Assembly: GCA_034520945.1 (NCBI GenBank)
Contig: JAXHNB010000008.1
Location: 64,001 to 128,000 of the forward strand
Direction of reading: 5' to 3'
Source of the DNA: Trueperaceae bacterium
GTDB taxonomy: Bacteria; Deinococcota; Deinococci; Deinococcales; Trueperaceae
DNA length: 64,000 nt
Within the stretch, counting starts at the first letter, position 1, and every line of letters begins with the position of its first letter. Shown here in pieces: positions 38,208 through 48,283 of the stretch. The position numbers were made by a program, and so were the translations under genes. The notes below the pieces were generated by a model, which was not told the DNA's origin, searched no databases, and saw only the letters and a program-made list of their open reading frames with translations.

Positions 38208-38471
38208 ATGCCCGACGACGACGCTCGTACGTACGCTTGGTCTGGTGCGAGCAACGAACCGCACGGGGACGAAAGCTACGAGGACGGTATGCTCGGTCGC
38301 ATCCTGGACGACGCGACCCGCGTGCTCGGTAGCGAGGAGGAGGCGCGCCGCTGGCTGCATACGCAGATCGTCAGCCTCGGCGGTCGGCGTCCCATCGAGC
38401 ATCTCACCAGCCTCGAAGGGTACGAGCGCGTCAAGAACACCCTCGCCAAGATCGAGCACGGGATGTACTGA
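38208..38471 (+). CDS. Orphan Xre/MbcA/ParS antitoxin C-terminal domain protein
   Basis: ARRWL...SLGGRRPIEHL...EGYERV...IEHGMY; paralogue of the C-terminus of 57134-57631. Confidence 0.8.
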   Translation: MPDDDARTYAWSGASNEPHGDESYEDGMLGRILDDATRVLGSEEEARRWLHTQIVSLGGRRPIEHLTSLEGYERVKNTLAKIEHGMY

Positions 38472-38767
38472 GCCACCAGATAGTGGCGTTCCACAGGTTC
38501 TCCACACATTGCGTGCGAAGCGCCGTTCGACCTGCCCGAGTGGGCATCACCAGCATCGCAAAAGCCGGACGCGCTGGGGCCGGTTGTTGGGTCGCAGCCT
38601 AGAAGGGGCGAGTCGGATGCCGACCGTGGCGATCGGTCCGCAACGTGCAGAGCCCCCACGCTGGAGCGCGTGGGGGCTCGAATCGGTGCCAGGTTCGTGT
38701 GCACGAGCCGAGGCACACGTTCGTAGGGGGAACGAGCGAATACGGCATGAAGCCGGTCGCAGTCAGT

Positions 38768-40633
38768 TCATGGACCCTCGGCGTCGCCCTCCTCTACCGT
38801 GATCGTGGTTCGTGCGCCCAGTTCGTAGCCGTCGTCCCAGAAGAACCGGATCTCGTACGCCCCCGGCTCCGACGGCGCGACGAATTGCGCGTAGCCCGTC
38901 GGACCGGCGACGTACTGCCAGTCTTCGAAGCTCTCCATCGGCGCATCTACGTTCGCGACCCCGAGCCAGTCCCTGGGGTTGCCTTGCCCATTCGCGTAGA
39001 GGACTTCGATGGGTTCGCCCGGGGCGTACGCGTCCGCGGTGGTCGTCACGGCCGGGTCGTCGGTGCGTTCCGCGAGGGCGGCGGCCTGCTCGGCGAGGGG
39101 CCCACGGCGAGCCAGGTCGACCTTGCCGCCGGGCTGGCAGTTCACGCTGGGGCCGGCGTTGATGTCCCCCTCCGGTCGGGGAATGTCGTAGAAGGCCTGG
39201 ATTCGCGCGTCCAAGCCGTCGACGAGCGCTTCACCCATGCGGAGCGCGTTGCGGGCTTCGGTGTTGCTGTAGTACGTCAGGTACTCGCCAGCCAGATCGT
39301 CGTCACCAGCGTCCAGCAGGCGCGTGGCGATGGCCTCGACGCTCACCAGATCCTCGATCCAACCGTTTTCGTAGCTTTCGAGCGTCTCCGTCACGTCCGG
39401 AAGGAAGCGCCCTGGGTCGGAACAGGTGTAGTACATCAGGCGCTTGAAGGTCCGGTACGCGAAGGGGGTGGCCTCCTGCAACTGGTATTCGGCGTTCAGG
39501 AACTCGGAGCCGGCGTCCCGGTAGAGGTAGCGATGCTTCCCGAACTCCGGCGGCACGTCCGTCGCGCCGATGTGCCAAGGAACGAACGGCGCCGTCACCG
39601 AACCGGTCGGCGCGACCCACAGGCGGGCCAGTTCAGCGTGTTCCAGATCGTCGCGAAGCTCCGCCACCTGCCCGTACCCGTTGGTGTCGCTGGACACGGC
39701 GGGATCCCGCACGACGGCCATGAACTCCCGCAGCGTGACGGGGGCGAGCTCGCGCAGGCGTGCCTCGAAGTCCTGGACGGTGCTCGAGGGCGTGGCGTTC
39801 GCGGCGTAGACCTGCTGCGGGTCGAAGGCCTCACCGGCCTCGGGGTCGTACCAGCCCTGCTCGACCGCGAAGGGGATGAAGTTGTCGGACGCCAGGAACT
39901 GGGCGTCCTCGCCCCCCTCGACCTGCATGGCGTCGAAATCGATGTGATCGCGCGGAATGGGGTTCAGGTACGCGGGGTACGACATCCGCACCTCGTCCGG
40001 CCCGAGACGCTCGGCGACCCACAAGCCCTGACCGCCGGCGTACTGGATCATGACCCACCCCTCGTTGGAGTCAGCAAACAGGTGCGAGTTGCCCCCGTAG
40101 GTCGAGAAGCCGTGCTCGTCGATCACCGCGCCGACGATCTCGACGGCTTCCCGCGCGGTGGTCGCGCGTTCCATGGCGATGCGCGCCAGGTCGCTGTACT
40201 GCGGACCGCGCTGCGGGTCAGGGGTCATCTCCCTGAGTTCGTTGCGCGAGGGCGACCAGATGTCCCTACCGGCGACCTGGTGCTCGTTCAGCCCCCCGTT
40301 GGTCAGCGGGGGCGGGAATCCGGCGAAGTCGGAGTAGTTCGAGGTGATGTACTTGAACGTCGTCTCGACCTGCGGGATCTCCGTGAATTCCCCCGGGTAC
40401 CGGGCTTCCTCGGTGACCCCAACCCGGATCGTCTCGCCCGGCTCGTGCGTCTGGCGCGGCACGATCTCCAGCCAGTGGCCCGAAACCTCGTCGCCGCTAC
40501 CCCCGAGGAAAACGGTGCCATTCTCGGTGAGGTTCTTGCCGACGTAGAGTCCATAACTCGCGTAGGCAGCCGACGACGCCATCAAGACGGCAACCGCAAT
40601 GAGCAAACACGTGTAAAGTCGCGTGCGGATCAT
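38768..40633 (-). CDS. Secreted C69 dipeptidase-like Ntn hydrolase with C-terminal Ig-like domain
   Basis: Signal peptide AYA then SYGLYVGKNLT; GGLNEHQVA, ERATTAREAV...IDEHG, ADSNEGW. Confidence 0.82.
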   Translation of the reverse strand: MIRTRLYTCLLIAVAVLMASSAAYASYGLYVGKNLTENGTVFLGGSGDEVSGHWLEIVPRQTHEPGETIRVGVTEEARYPGEFTEIPQVETTFKYITSNYSDFAGFPPPLTNGGLNEHQVAGRDIWSPSRNELREMTPDPQRGPQYSDLARIAMERATTAREAVEIVGAVIDEHGFSTYGGNSHLFADSNEGWVMIQYAGGQGLWVAERLGPDEVRMSYPAYLNPIPRDHIDFDAMQVEGGEDAQFLASDNFIPFAVEQGWYDPEAGEAFDPQQVYAANATPSSTVQDFEARLRELAPVTLREFMAVVRDPAVSSDTNGYGQVAELRDDLEHAELARLWVAPTGSVTAPFVPWHIGATDVPPEFGKHRYLYRDAGSEFLNAEYQLQEATPFAYRTFKRLMYYTCSDPGRFLPDVTETLESYENGWIEDLVSVEAIATRLLDAGDDDLAGEYLTYYSNTEARNALRMGEALVDGLDARIQAFYDIPRPEGDINAGPSVNCQPGGKVDLARRGPLAEQAAALAERTDDPAVTTTADAYAPGEPIEVLYANGQGNPRDWLGVANVDAPMESFEDWQYVAGPTGYAQFVAPSEPGAYEIRFFWDDGYELGARTTITVEEGDAEGP

Positions 40634-40886
40634 ATGTGTACCTCCTTAAGAAGGGTACACGACCTTCGTGAGAAGATCGACGCAGTTGCGCCCATTGCCG
40701 AGAACGGTGGTGTCGACGCACGGGTCAGGCACGCCGATCCGCTTGGCGAGTCCCCGACGCACGCCGGTCGGCCGCGTATCATGCCGCCGAAGCGCTGCCG
40801 CGCTGTTCGAGGAGCTCGCGGCCCTGACGGAGGCGGGCTTCGAGGACGACCGGGCGCAGGGGTACGCGTAGGGTCTCGCGCGTCGT

Positions 40887-41249
40887 TCAGGGGCCGGTGA
40901 CGTGCACCTCGTCGGATCCCTCGCGGAACGCTTCGTCGCGGCGGTCCCACAGCGTTCCCTGCCAACCGCTGATCCGGCCCTGGTCCTCGCACTCGGGACA
41001 GATCCAGAGGATTGCGTTTCCGTCTTCGTCTGGCGAGGCGATGATGGTGCCGGGGCACGGCCTGTGGCCTGGCTTGCGGCGGCACGCGACGTTGGTCGGG
41101 TTCGGGGCGTACAGTTCCCAGATCGTCACCCACTCGACGATCGCGCCTTGGAACCGGGCGAGCGTTCGCGCCGGGCCGGGAATGTCTTCGGGAAGCCTGC
41201 CTTCCGGGTCGAGGAAGTCGCGAATGTAGGTGACGGTCATGGTTGGCAT
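40887..41249 (-). CDS. Hypothetical Cys-rich (zinc-ribbon-like) protein
   Basis: CRRKPGHRPCPG...WICPEC..G.ISGWQGT.WD; leaderless TACGAT-N6-ATG. Confidence 0.75.
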   Translation of the reverse strand: MPTMTVTYIRDFLDPEGRLPEDIPGPARTLARFQGAIVEWVTIWELYAPNPTNVACRRKPGHRPCPGTIIASPDEDGNAILWICPECEDQGRISGWQGTLWDRRDEAFREGSDEVHVTGP

Positions 41250-41370
41250 GGCGCGATCGTAGCGGAACGCGTGCCGGCGCGGTCCAGGCAGGGCCGATGT
41301 GACGTGCTCACGCCTCACGTTCGGCGAAGGCCATGACGAAGCCCTGACTGCGCCTTACGCGAGCGCGGCC

Positions 41371-41763
41371 CTACAGCGCCGACGCCACGTCCGTATGACC
41401 GAAGTCGCTGCCCTTGAACAGGAGCGGCTCACTCACGGCTTGCGCGAGTGCGTAGGCGAAGCAGTCGCCGAAATTCAGTCGGGCAGGATGTCCGCTTCCC
41501 TTGCCGAAGTCGCGGTAGGCGGCGCGCGCTTCCGCTCCTTGCTCGACCGTGACGGGTTCGATGCGTACGCGCGCAGTGTGGAGCAGTTCGTCGAGCCGGC
41601 GGCTGGCGATCGGATCGCGCGAGCCGTCGATGACGGCGCCGGTCTCGACGTACGACGCGACCGACAGGCGTCGAACGTCGGCGGCGGCGATCGCCCGAGC
41701 GAAGGTCGCCGCATCGGGCTCGGCACGCAGGATGGCGACGAGCGCCGAGGTGTCGATCACCAT
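41371..41763 (-). CDS. vapC: VapC PIN toxin
   Basis: [36 protein letters not shown]. Confidence 0.95.
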   Translation of the reverse strand: MVIDTSALVAILRAEPDAATFARAIAAADVRRLSVASYVETGAVIDGSRDPIASRRLDELLHTARVRIEPVTVEQGAEARAAYRDFGKGSGHPARLNFGDCFAYALAQAVSEPLLFKGSDFGHTDVASAL

Positions 41764-41779
41764 GGCCGGCGGACGCCCG

Positions 41780-42034
41780 TCACCGGGGCAGGCCGGCGTC
41801 GTCGTAGAGCAGGGTCGCGTGGTCGGTACTGGCGTACGGCTCGCGCAGGTGCGCAGCGCAGTCGCGGCCGATGTCGAGGAGCTCGTCCGCGAGCACTGGG
41901 CGCCGTGTATGGCGCTCGCGCTCCAAGCGTTGACGCAGCGCTTCGGTCACGGCGGCGGTGAGCGATTCGCCCGTCATGTCGGCGAGCTCGCGCGCCAGGC
42001 GGTGGGCGTCATGGTTCTTGATGTTCAAGCCCAT
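41780..42034 (-). CDS. vapB: VapB antitoxin
   Basis: LNIKN...LARELA..TGESLT.AV..AL; ends LYDDAGLPR. Confidence 0.92.
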   Translation of the reverse strand: MGLNIKNHDAHRLARELADMTGESLTAAVTEALRQRLERERHTRRPVLADELLDIGRDCAAHLREPYASTDHATLLYDDAGLPR

Positions 42035-42050
42035 GGTAGATATCTACCAT
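42033..42050. promoter_or_regulatory. 18-bp perfect palindrome ATGGTAGATATCTACCAT (vapBC operator)
   Basis: Abuts the vapB start codon. Confidence 0.75.
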
Positions 42051-42162
42051 TTTTCGATAGCGTTCTACCGGTCTTTGACGTGCGGTCCTCTTGAGGGCGC
42101 GCGGTGAGCCGGGTACGCGACTCCGCACGACCGGCCTGTCGATCGACGATGCGGACGCCCTG

Positions 42163-42706
42163 ATCGTTCTGCCGACCGCCGGCGTTCGTTGCGCGTCCTG
42201 ACCCGGAGCGAAGCATCGACGCGGAGGAGGCGACGCGGCGGTCGATCCTCCGCTACCTGGCGGCGTTCGGCCCCGCGTCGCGGCGGGACTTCGCGCAGTT
42301 CGCGCTGCTGCGGCAGGCCGAGGTCCGTCCCGCCTTCGAGACCCTGGGCGACACGCTGGTGACGATGGAGGGGCCGGGCGGTGCGACGCTGTACGACGTG
42401 CCGGGCGCGCCGCTGCCGGGCGAGGATGCCCCCGCGCCGCCGCGGCTGCTGGGGATGTGGGATTCGGTGCTGCTGGCCTACGCGGACCGGAGCCGCGTGA
42501 TCCCCGAAGACTACCGCCCGCACGTGATCCGCCGGAACGGCGACGTGTTGCCGAGCGTGCTGGTGGACGGGATGGTCGCTGGCGTGTGGCGACATGCGGA
42601 CGGCGGCATAGAGGTGATCGCGTTCGGCCGCTACCCTGCGCCATCGTTGCGCAGGGTCAAGCGGTCGCTGCGGAGTCGGTGGGAGGCACTGAACAGGCGG
42701 CGGTAG
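42163..42706 (+). pseudogene. C-terminal fragment of an AlkZ/YcaQ-like winged-helix DNA glycosylase
   Basis: RYLAAFGPASRRDF...PRLLGMWDSVLLAYADRSR...LVDGMVAGVW; N-terminal half missing. Confidence 0.75.
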
Positions 42707-43446
42707 GCCAGCAACGTGACGCCCAGGGCGCCCAACGCCGCGGCCGAGGCGATCATGAACACGATCACGATCTGGTAGCGCACGGCGTCGGCGGGGGCGG
42801 CGCCGGCCAGGATCTGGCCGGTCATCATGCCGGGCAGGCTGACCACGCCCATCACCATCATGGCGTTGATGGTCGGGATCATGCCCACCCGCATCGCCTC
42901 GGCCACCAGCGTGTGCGCGGCCTCCCAGCGCGTAGCGCCGAGGGAGAGGTAGAGCTCGATCTCGTCGCGCCGCGTGACGACGCCTTCGGTGAACCGGTCC
43001 AGCGCCAAGGAGATCCCGTTCAGGATGTTGCCCAGCACCATGCCCAGCAACGGCACCAGGTACTGCGCCTCGTACCACGGCCGCACACGCAGGATGCCGA
43101 CCGCGGAGAGGCCGGTGACCACGAACGCTGCGGTGGTGGTGGAGAGGAGGCTGTCCCAGTAGACGCCGGGGAACCGCCGCGACGTCCGGTTCACGGCCGA
43201 GACGCTGGCGAGCGTCGTCATCACCACGGCGACGGCGAGGACCGGCACGGGATCGTCGAGCTGAAACACCCACTCCAGCACGAACCCGACCAGCAGCAAC
43301 TGCGCCGACATGCGAAGCGAGGCCACCACCAGACTCCGTTGCAATCCCAGGCGCAGCGCCACCGAGAGCCCGACGTTCACCAGAATCAGCAGCGCCGCCA
43401 GGCCGAGCTGCCAGGCGTGGATGGGAAGGTAGGCGGCCTCGCTCAC
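42631..43446 (-). CDS. fetB: ABC permease, FetB/YbbM (UPF0014) family
   Basis: QLLLVGFVL, VPLLGMVLGN, LSLGAT..EA, GVVSLPGMMTGQILAG..P..AVRYQI. Confidence 0.9.
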   Translation of the reverse strand: MSEAAYLPIHAWQLGLAALLILVNVGLSVALRLGLQRSLVVASLRMSAQLLLVGFVLEWVFQLDDPVPVLAVAVVMTTLASVSAVNRTSRRFPGVYWDSLLSTTTAAFVVTGLSAVGILRVRPWYEAQYLVPLLGMVLGNILNGISLALDRFTEGVVTRRDEIELYLSLGATRWEAAHTLVAEAMRVGMIPTINAMMVMGVVSLPGMMTGQILAGAAPADAVRYQIVIVFMIASAAALGALGVTLLAYRRLFSASHRLRSDRLTLRNDGAG

Positions 43447-44090
43447 GCGGCCGCGCCGATCCACACGCTTCGGTCGGTGACCCGCGCGAGTTGGGCCGCG
43501 TGGTGACTCGTCCACATCACCGCGCGCGAGCGATCCGCGTGCAGCCAGGCCCCGACGAGGGCCTCGAGCGCGTCGCTGGCCTCCTCGTCCAACGATGCCG
43601 CGGGTTCGTCCAACAGCAGCACCTGCGGCGCGATCGCGAATGCGCGCAGCAGGGCGACGAGTTGCGCTTCGCCGCCCGAGAGCCGTTCGGCGGGCCTGCG
43701 CAGGAACGTCTCGTCGCGCCCCAATGCCGCCAGGTCGGCGAGGATCGCGTCGCGCGGGAATGGCCGGCCGTGATGGACGCGAAACCGAAACGGCAGGCGA
43801 AGGGCGTCCTCCACGGTGCCCGCTACGGCAGCGGGCCGCTGGGCGAGGTACACGACCTGTGCGCGGTAGCTCGGCATCGTGGTGCCGACGAGCTCACGGT
43901 CCCGGTACCGGATCACGCCCTCCTCGAGCGGCTCGAGTCCCGCCAAGGCCCGCAGCAACAGGGTCTTGCCGGCCCCGGACGGCCCACGCACGGCCAATCG
44001 TTCCCCCGGTGCGAGCGCGATGTCGAGCCCACGCCACAACCAACGCTCCTCCACGCGCTTCGCAAGGCCCTCGGCTTCGATCAGCGCCAC
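43443..44090 (-). CDS. fetA: ABC ATP-binding protein, FetA/YbbL-like
   Basis: GPSGAGKT, LSGGE, LLLDEP. Confidence 0.88.
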   Translation of the reverse strand: MALIEAEGLAKRVEERWLWRGLDIALAPGERLAVRGPSGAGKTLLLRALAGLEPLEEGVIRYRDRELVGTTMPSYRAQVVYLAQRPAAVAGTVEDALRLPFRFRVHHGRPFPRDAILADLAALGRDETFLRRPAERLSGGEAQLVALLRAFAIAPQVLLLDEPAASLDEEASDALEALVGAWLHADRSRAVMWTSHHAAQLARVTDRSVWIGAAA

Positions 44091-44216
44091 GTCGTGAAGT
44101 CCATCGTTTCACGCGTCATACGCTTATGGTGGCATGGCCTGCAACGTCCGTAGGATGGCTGCCCGCATGGCGTACGCGATCGTCGCGATCGGCACGGCCG
44201 CCGCGGGCCGCGGCCG

Positions 44217-44750
44217 TCAGCCGTCGTGCCTGTGCTTCGCAACCTCGATGTGGGCAAGGTGGTGGTCGCCGTGCCAGGCGTAGGTCAGCAGGGTGTCGCC
44301 GATGGTAATGCGTCGCCCCTGGGTCGGATGGGTCCACGCCCGCTCGAAATCCCCGGCGTCCAGCGAGGCGAACCGGGCGACCCAGCGCTGGTGCAGGCCG
44401 TCGAGCAGCGTCAGGGACGGCTCGACCGGGCCGGAGCGCGCGTCGGGAATGTCGGCCCAGACGGCAGGGTCGTACCCCTTGATGGTCGGCCCGTCCTCGG
44501 TCAGCGCCCAAGTACAGCGCAGGTAGGCGTGGAGGTGGCTGTCGGCGAGGTGGTGCACGACCTGCCGTGCGGTCCAGCCGCCGTCGCGGTAGGGCGTGTC
44601 CAGCTGGGCGACGCTCAGGCCGGAGACCACGGCGCGCAGTTTGGCGGGGTGGCCCGCGATGCTGGCGATCGCGTCGCGACGAACGGCTTCGTCGCTGGGG
44701 TCGAGGTCGGGACGGCGGCCGATCGGGTAGCGAAGATCCCGTTCGTTCAT
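44217..44750 (-). CDS. YfiT/DinB-family bacillithiol transferase
   Basis: DLRYPIG, LDTPYRDGGWT..QVVHHLADSH, YAWHGDHHLAHI. Confidence 0.92.
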   Translation of the reverse strand: MNERDLRYPIGRRPDLDPSDEAVRRDAIASIAGHPAKLRAVVSGLSVAQLDTPYRDGGWTARQVVHHLADSHLHAYLRCTWALTEDGPTIKGYDPAVWADIPDARSGPVEPSLTLLDGLHQRWVARFASLDAGDFERAWTHPTQGRRITIGDTLLTYAWHGDHHLAHIEVAKHRHDG

Positions 44751-44901
44751 GCAGGCATCGTAGACCACGGCCGCCGCTCGAGCGGCGCTGGGGCCAGGCC
44801 GGCATGGCGCCGTTGTAGGTTTGGCCAGCAGCGACACGTTGCCCTCGCGGGCGTCAAGCAAGGGACCGACCGGACCGCACCGCGAAGGAGATGCTGGCCG
44901 C

Positions 44902-46884
44902 ATGGAGTCCCGAGGCGACGATCCCAACCCCAACGACGAGCTGACCTGGCACAAGGCGCTCGAATCGGACCAGCTCGGTGAGGGCCGGGTGGCGGGCGTG
45001 ACCTGCGGTCACCGGCAGCTGTGTTTGACCCGCCACGAGGGCCGCTACGGTGCGCTCGACGGTCGCTGCCCACATCAGGGCGGTCCTCTGGCCGAGGGCT
45101 CGATCGAGAACGGCTGGCTGCGCTGTCCCTGGCACGGCTGGGACTTTCACCCGACCAGCGGTCGCCCGCCGGGAGGGTTCGACGACGGCGTCGCGACGTT
45201 TCCCGTCGAGGAGCGAGACGACGGCGTCTACGTCGGTCTGCCGGCCGAGGCTGAGCGCGCTCGCACCGTCTCCGACGCGATGGTCGAGACGATGGCGCGC
45301 TGGGGCGTGCGCTGGGTGTTCGGGATGGTGGGGCACTCCAACCTGAACGTCGCCGACGCCGTGCGGCGCGCCGCGGACGACGGCCCGCTGCGCTACGTCG
45401 CGATCCGGCACGAGGGGGCAGCCGCCTTCGCGGCGTCGGCCTACGGAAAGCTGACGGGGACGCCCGCCGCCTGCTTGGCGATCGCGGGTCCCGGGGCGAC
45501 CAACCTGCTGACGGGACTCTGGGATGCGCACGTCGACCGCAGTCCGGTGCTGGCCCTGACCGGGCAGGTGGCGACGCAGGTGCTCGGCACGGGCGACTTC
45601 CAAGAGGTAGACCTGCGGGCGGCCTACGGAGGCGTCGCGGCCTGGAGCGCGACGGTGCTCCCCGACTCGAGGCACGTCGAGCTGATGGCGCGCGCATGCA
45701 AGAGCGCAGTGCTGGAGAGGGGCGTTGCCCACCTGGTGTTCCCCGACGAGGTGGCGGGCGGGCCCAGCGACGAAGAGGCCGCGAGCCCCGAGGGGCGCCT
45801 GGCGGAGCCCGGCATCCGGGCGCCCGAAGCCCCGTTGGCGCAGGCTCAGGCGATGCTGGCGTCGGCACGGCGGCCCGTGATCGTGGTGGGTCACGGCGCA
45901 CGATCCGACATGTCGGCCGTGACCGCGCTGGCCGAGCGCCTCGGAGCGCCGGTCCTGACCACCTTCAAGGCCAAGGGGCAGATCGCCGACGACCACCCGC
46001 TGGCCGCCGGCGTGCTGGGCCGGTCGGGCACGCCGGTTGCGTCCTGGTTCATGAACGAGGCGGACCTGCTGTTGGTGTTCGGCGCGTCGTTCTCGACCCA
46101 CACCGGCATCAGCGCCAAGACGCCCACCATCCAGGTGGACCGCGACCGGATGACGCTGGCGAAGTTCCACGCCGTCGATGTTCCCCTGTGGGGCGACATC
46201 GGCCCGGTGGCCGGCGAGCTGCTGGCCGGCCTCGGCGACGAGGCGCCGGACCCGTCGCAGCGCCAGGAGTTGGCGGAGCGCTGGCGCCTGTGGCGTACCG
46301 AGAAGGAACGACGCCGCGGAGACGATCGCGGCCGCGGGCTCCCGAGCGCCGTGCTGTTCGAGGCTCTACAGCGGCACGTGCCGCACGACGCGGTGATGCC
46401 GGTCGACGTCGGCAACAACACCTACAGCTTCGGCCGGTACTTCGAAACCTCCGGACAGACCGTGCTCATGTCCGGCTACCTCGGATCGATCGGCTTCGCG
46501 CTGCCGGCGGCGATGGGCGCCTGGGCCGCGACGCAGGAGCCGGGCCCATGGTCCGGACGCAAGGTGGTGTCCATCTCCGGCGACGGGGGGCTGGGCCAGT
46601 ACCTCGCCGAGCTCACCACCCTCGTCCGGCACGGTATGGACGTGACGCACGTGGTGCTGGTCGACGACCAGCTCGGCAAGATCGCCAAGGAGCAGCGCGC
46701 AGGCGGCTGGGATGTATGGCAGACGGACCTGGTCAACCCTGACTTCGCGGCCTTCGCGCGCTCGTGCGGCGCCTTCGGCGTACGTGTGGACCGTCCGGGC
46801 GAACTGGAGCCCGCGCTCGAGGCGGCGCTCGCCGTCGCCGGGCCTGCCCTGGTCGAGGTCCGCACCGACCCGGCGTTGGTGTGA
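44902..46884 (+). CDS. Rieske [2Fe-2S]-fused thiamine-pyrophosphate enzyme (pyruvate oxidase-like)
   Basis: CPHQGG...CPWHGW; RHEGAAAFAASAYGK, GPGATN, ISGDGG TPP motif. Confidence 0.9.
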   Translation: MESRGDDPNPNDELTWHKALESDQLGEGRVAGVTCGHRQLCLTRHEGRYGALDGRCPHQGGPLAEGSIENGWLRCPWHGWDFHPTSGRPPGGFDDGVATFPVEERDDGVYVGLPAEAERARTVSDAMVETMARWGVRWVFGMVGHSNLNVADAVRRAADDGPLRYVAIRHEGAAAFAASAYGKLTGTPAACLAIAGPGATNLLTGLWDAHVDRSPVLALTGQVATQVLGTGDFQEVDLRAAYGGVAAWSATVLPDSRHVELMARACKSAVLERGVAHLVFPDEVAGGPSDEEAASPEGRLAEPGIRAPEAPLAQAQAMLASARRPVIVVGHGARSDMSAVTALAERLGAPVLTTFKAKGQIADDHPLAAGVLGRSGTPVASWFMNEADLLLVFGASFSTHTGISAKTPTIQVDRDRMTLAKFHAVDVPLWGDIGPVAGELLAGLGDEAPDPSQRQELAERWRLWRTEKERRRGDDRGRGLPSAVLFEALQRHVPHDAVMPVDVGNNTYSFGRYFETSGQTVLMSGYLGSIGFALPAAMGAWAATQEPGPWSGRKVVSISGDGGLGQYLAELTTLVRHGMDVTHVVLVDDQLGKIAKEQRAGGWDVWQTDLVNPDFAAFARSCGAFGVRVDRPGELEPALEAALAVAGPALVEVRTDPALV

Positions 46885-46913
46885 GGGGCTCGCCCGAGGA
46901 TTGGAGGGGGATC

Positions 46914-47780
46914 ATGTCGAACGAAGCCACGCAGGAGCCCTGGGGCTGGATCGAGGACGTGGACATCGGGCGGCTCCGGGAGGCGCGCGTTCAGTTGCAC
47001 CACGCCCTGCAGGTTCCCGCCGCCCTGCACGCCAGCCGGTTCGCGCCCAGGGAGGATCAGAGCGAGACGGCGTTCTCGTTCCAAGGTTGTCGCTTCGTCA
47101 GCGAGGGCGACCCCGAGCTCGGGTGGCGAGCAGCGTTGAGGATCGACACGCTCGAGGTGGCGCTGGAGCGGAGCGATGGCCGCTCGGCGGGAACGCTCGC
47201 GCTCGAGGGCCGCACGCTGCAGGACGCGTACGAACGGTTCGCGGCGCTGCTGGAGGCGGCGGCCGGTCCCGGGCCGTTCCGGAGGCTGGAGGCTGAGCTT
47301 CCCGACCACGCCGTGGTCCGGGGCGCCCCGTTCGATCGCGACGTCCCCGCGCTGCACGCCTTGTGCCGGCTCTACGCCGACTCGGCGGCGACCCTCGAGC
47401 GGCTTCGCCCGGAGCTCGTCCGTCCGTCGCCCATCCGGGTGTGGCCGCATCACTTCGATATCGCGGTCCTCGACGATGTTGACGGTGGGATTGGCCACGC
47501 CGGCCAGGAGCCGCGAAGCATCGGCGTCGGCATGACGCCCGGTGACGAGGGCGTGCGGGAGCCGTACCTGTACGTCACGCCCTGGCCGTACCCCGCCTCC
47601 GCCAGCCTGCCGGAGCTTTCCGAGGGACGGTGGTCGACCGAGGGATGGGTCGGGGCCGTCCTGATGCTCGCCGAGTTGGCCCGTGACGACGTCGCGCGCC
47701 GAGGCGAGCGGGTGCGGGCATTCCTCGACGGCGCCCTGCGGGCCTGCCGGGCGTCGTTGGACGGCGGAGAGGGCGCATGA
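46914..47780 (+). CDS. Conserved hypothetical protein (DUF5996-like)
   Basis: QLHHALQ, WPHHFDIA, PGD...EPYLYVTPWP motifs. Confidence 0.7.
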   Translation: MSNEATQEPWGWIEDVDIGRLREARVQLHHALQVPAALHASRFAPREDQSETAFSFQGCRFVSEGDPELGWRAALRIDTLEVALERSDGRSAGTLALEGRTLQDAYERFAALLEAAAGPGPFRRLEAELPDHAVVRGAPFDRDVPALHALCRLYADSAATLERLRPELVRPSPIRVWPHHFDIAVLDDVDGGIGHAGQEPRSIGVGMTPGDEGVREPYLYVTPWPYPASASLPELSEGRWSTEGWVGAVLMLAELARDDVARRGERVRAFLDGALRACRASLDGGEGA

Positions 47781-48253
47781 TCGACCCGGTGCGCCTGATC
47801 GCGGCGATGACGCGCGACCGTGTGATCGGTCGAGGCGATGGCATGCCGTGGAACGTCCCGGACGAGTATCGGCACTTCCTGGACAGCGTTCGCGGCGGCG
47901 CGGTGATCATGGGCCGGCGCAGCTTCGAGATCTTCGGCGCGGACCTGAGAGACGCCCGCCCGATCGTGCTGACGCGCCGGGACAGCGCCCCGCACGGGGC
48001 GCTGCCTGCCGGCGACCTCGAAGCGGCCCTGCGCGCCGCGCGGCGGCTGGACCTGGCGCCGTGGATCGCCGGCGGCGCAAGCGTGTACGAGCAGGCGCTT
48101 CCGCTGTGCGACGAAATGCACCTGTCGATCGTGCCTGGCCGTTACGACGGGGACCGTTGGTTCCCCGACTGGGACCCTGCTGCGTGGCGTTTGGCCGAGG
48201 AACGGCCCCGGCCGGGCTACCTGTTTCGGCGCTACGTCCGCCGGTCGCGCTGA
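47777..48253 (+). CDS. folA: Dihydrofolate reductase family protein
   Basis: LIAAM...VIG..DGMPW..P.E...F, VIMGRRSF, IAGGASVY, GDRWFP. Confidence 0.88.
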   Translation: MIDPVRLIAAMTRDRVIGRGDGMPWNVPDEYRHFLDSVRGGAVIMGRRSFEIFGADLRDARPIVLTRRDSAPHGALPAGDLEAALRAARRLDLAPWIAGGASVYEQALPLCDEMHLSIVPGRYDGDRWFPDWDPAAWRLAEERPRPGYLFRRYVRRSR

Positions 48254-48283
48254 ACCGATCGCCGTTCGACGTCGCGGTCCCCT

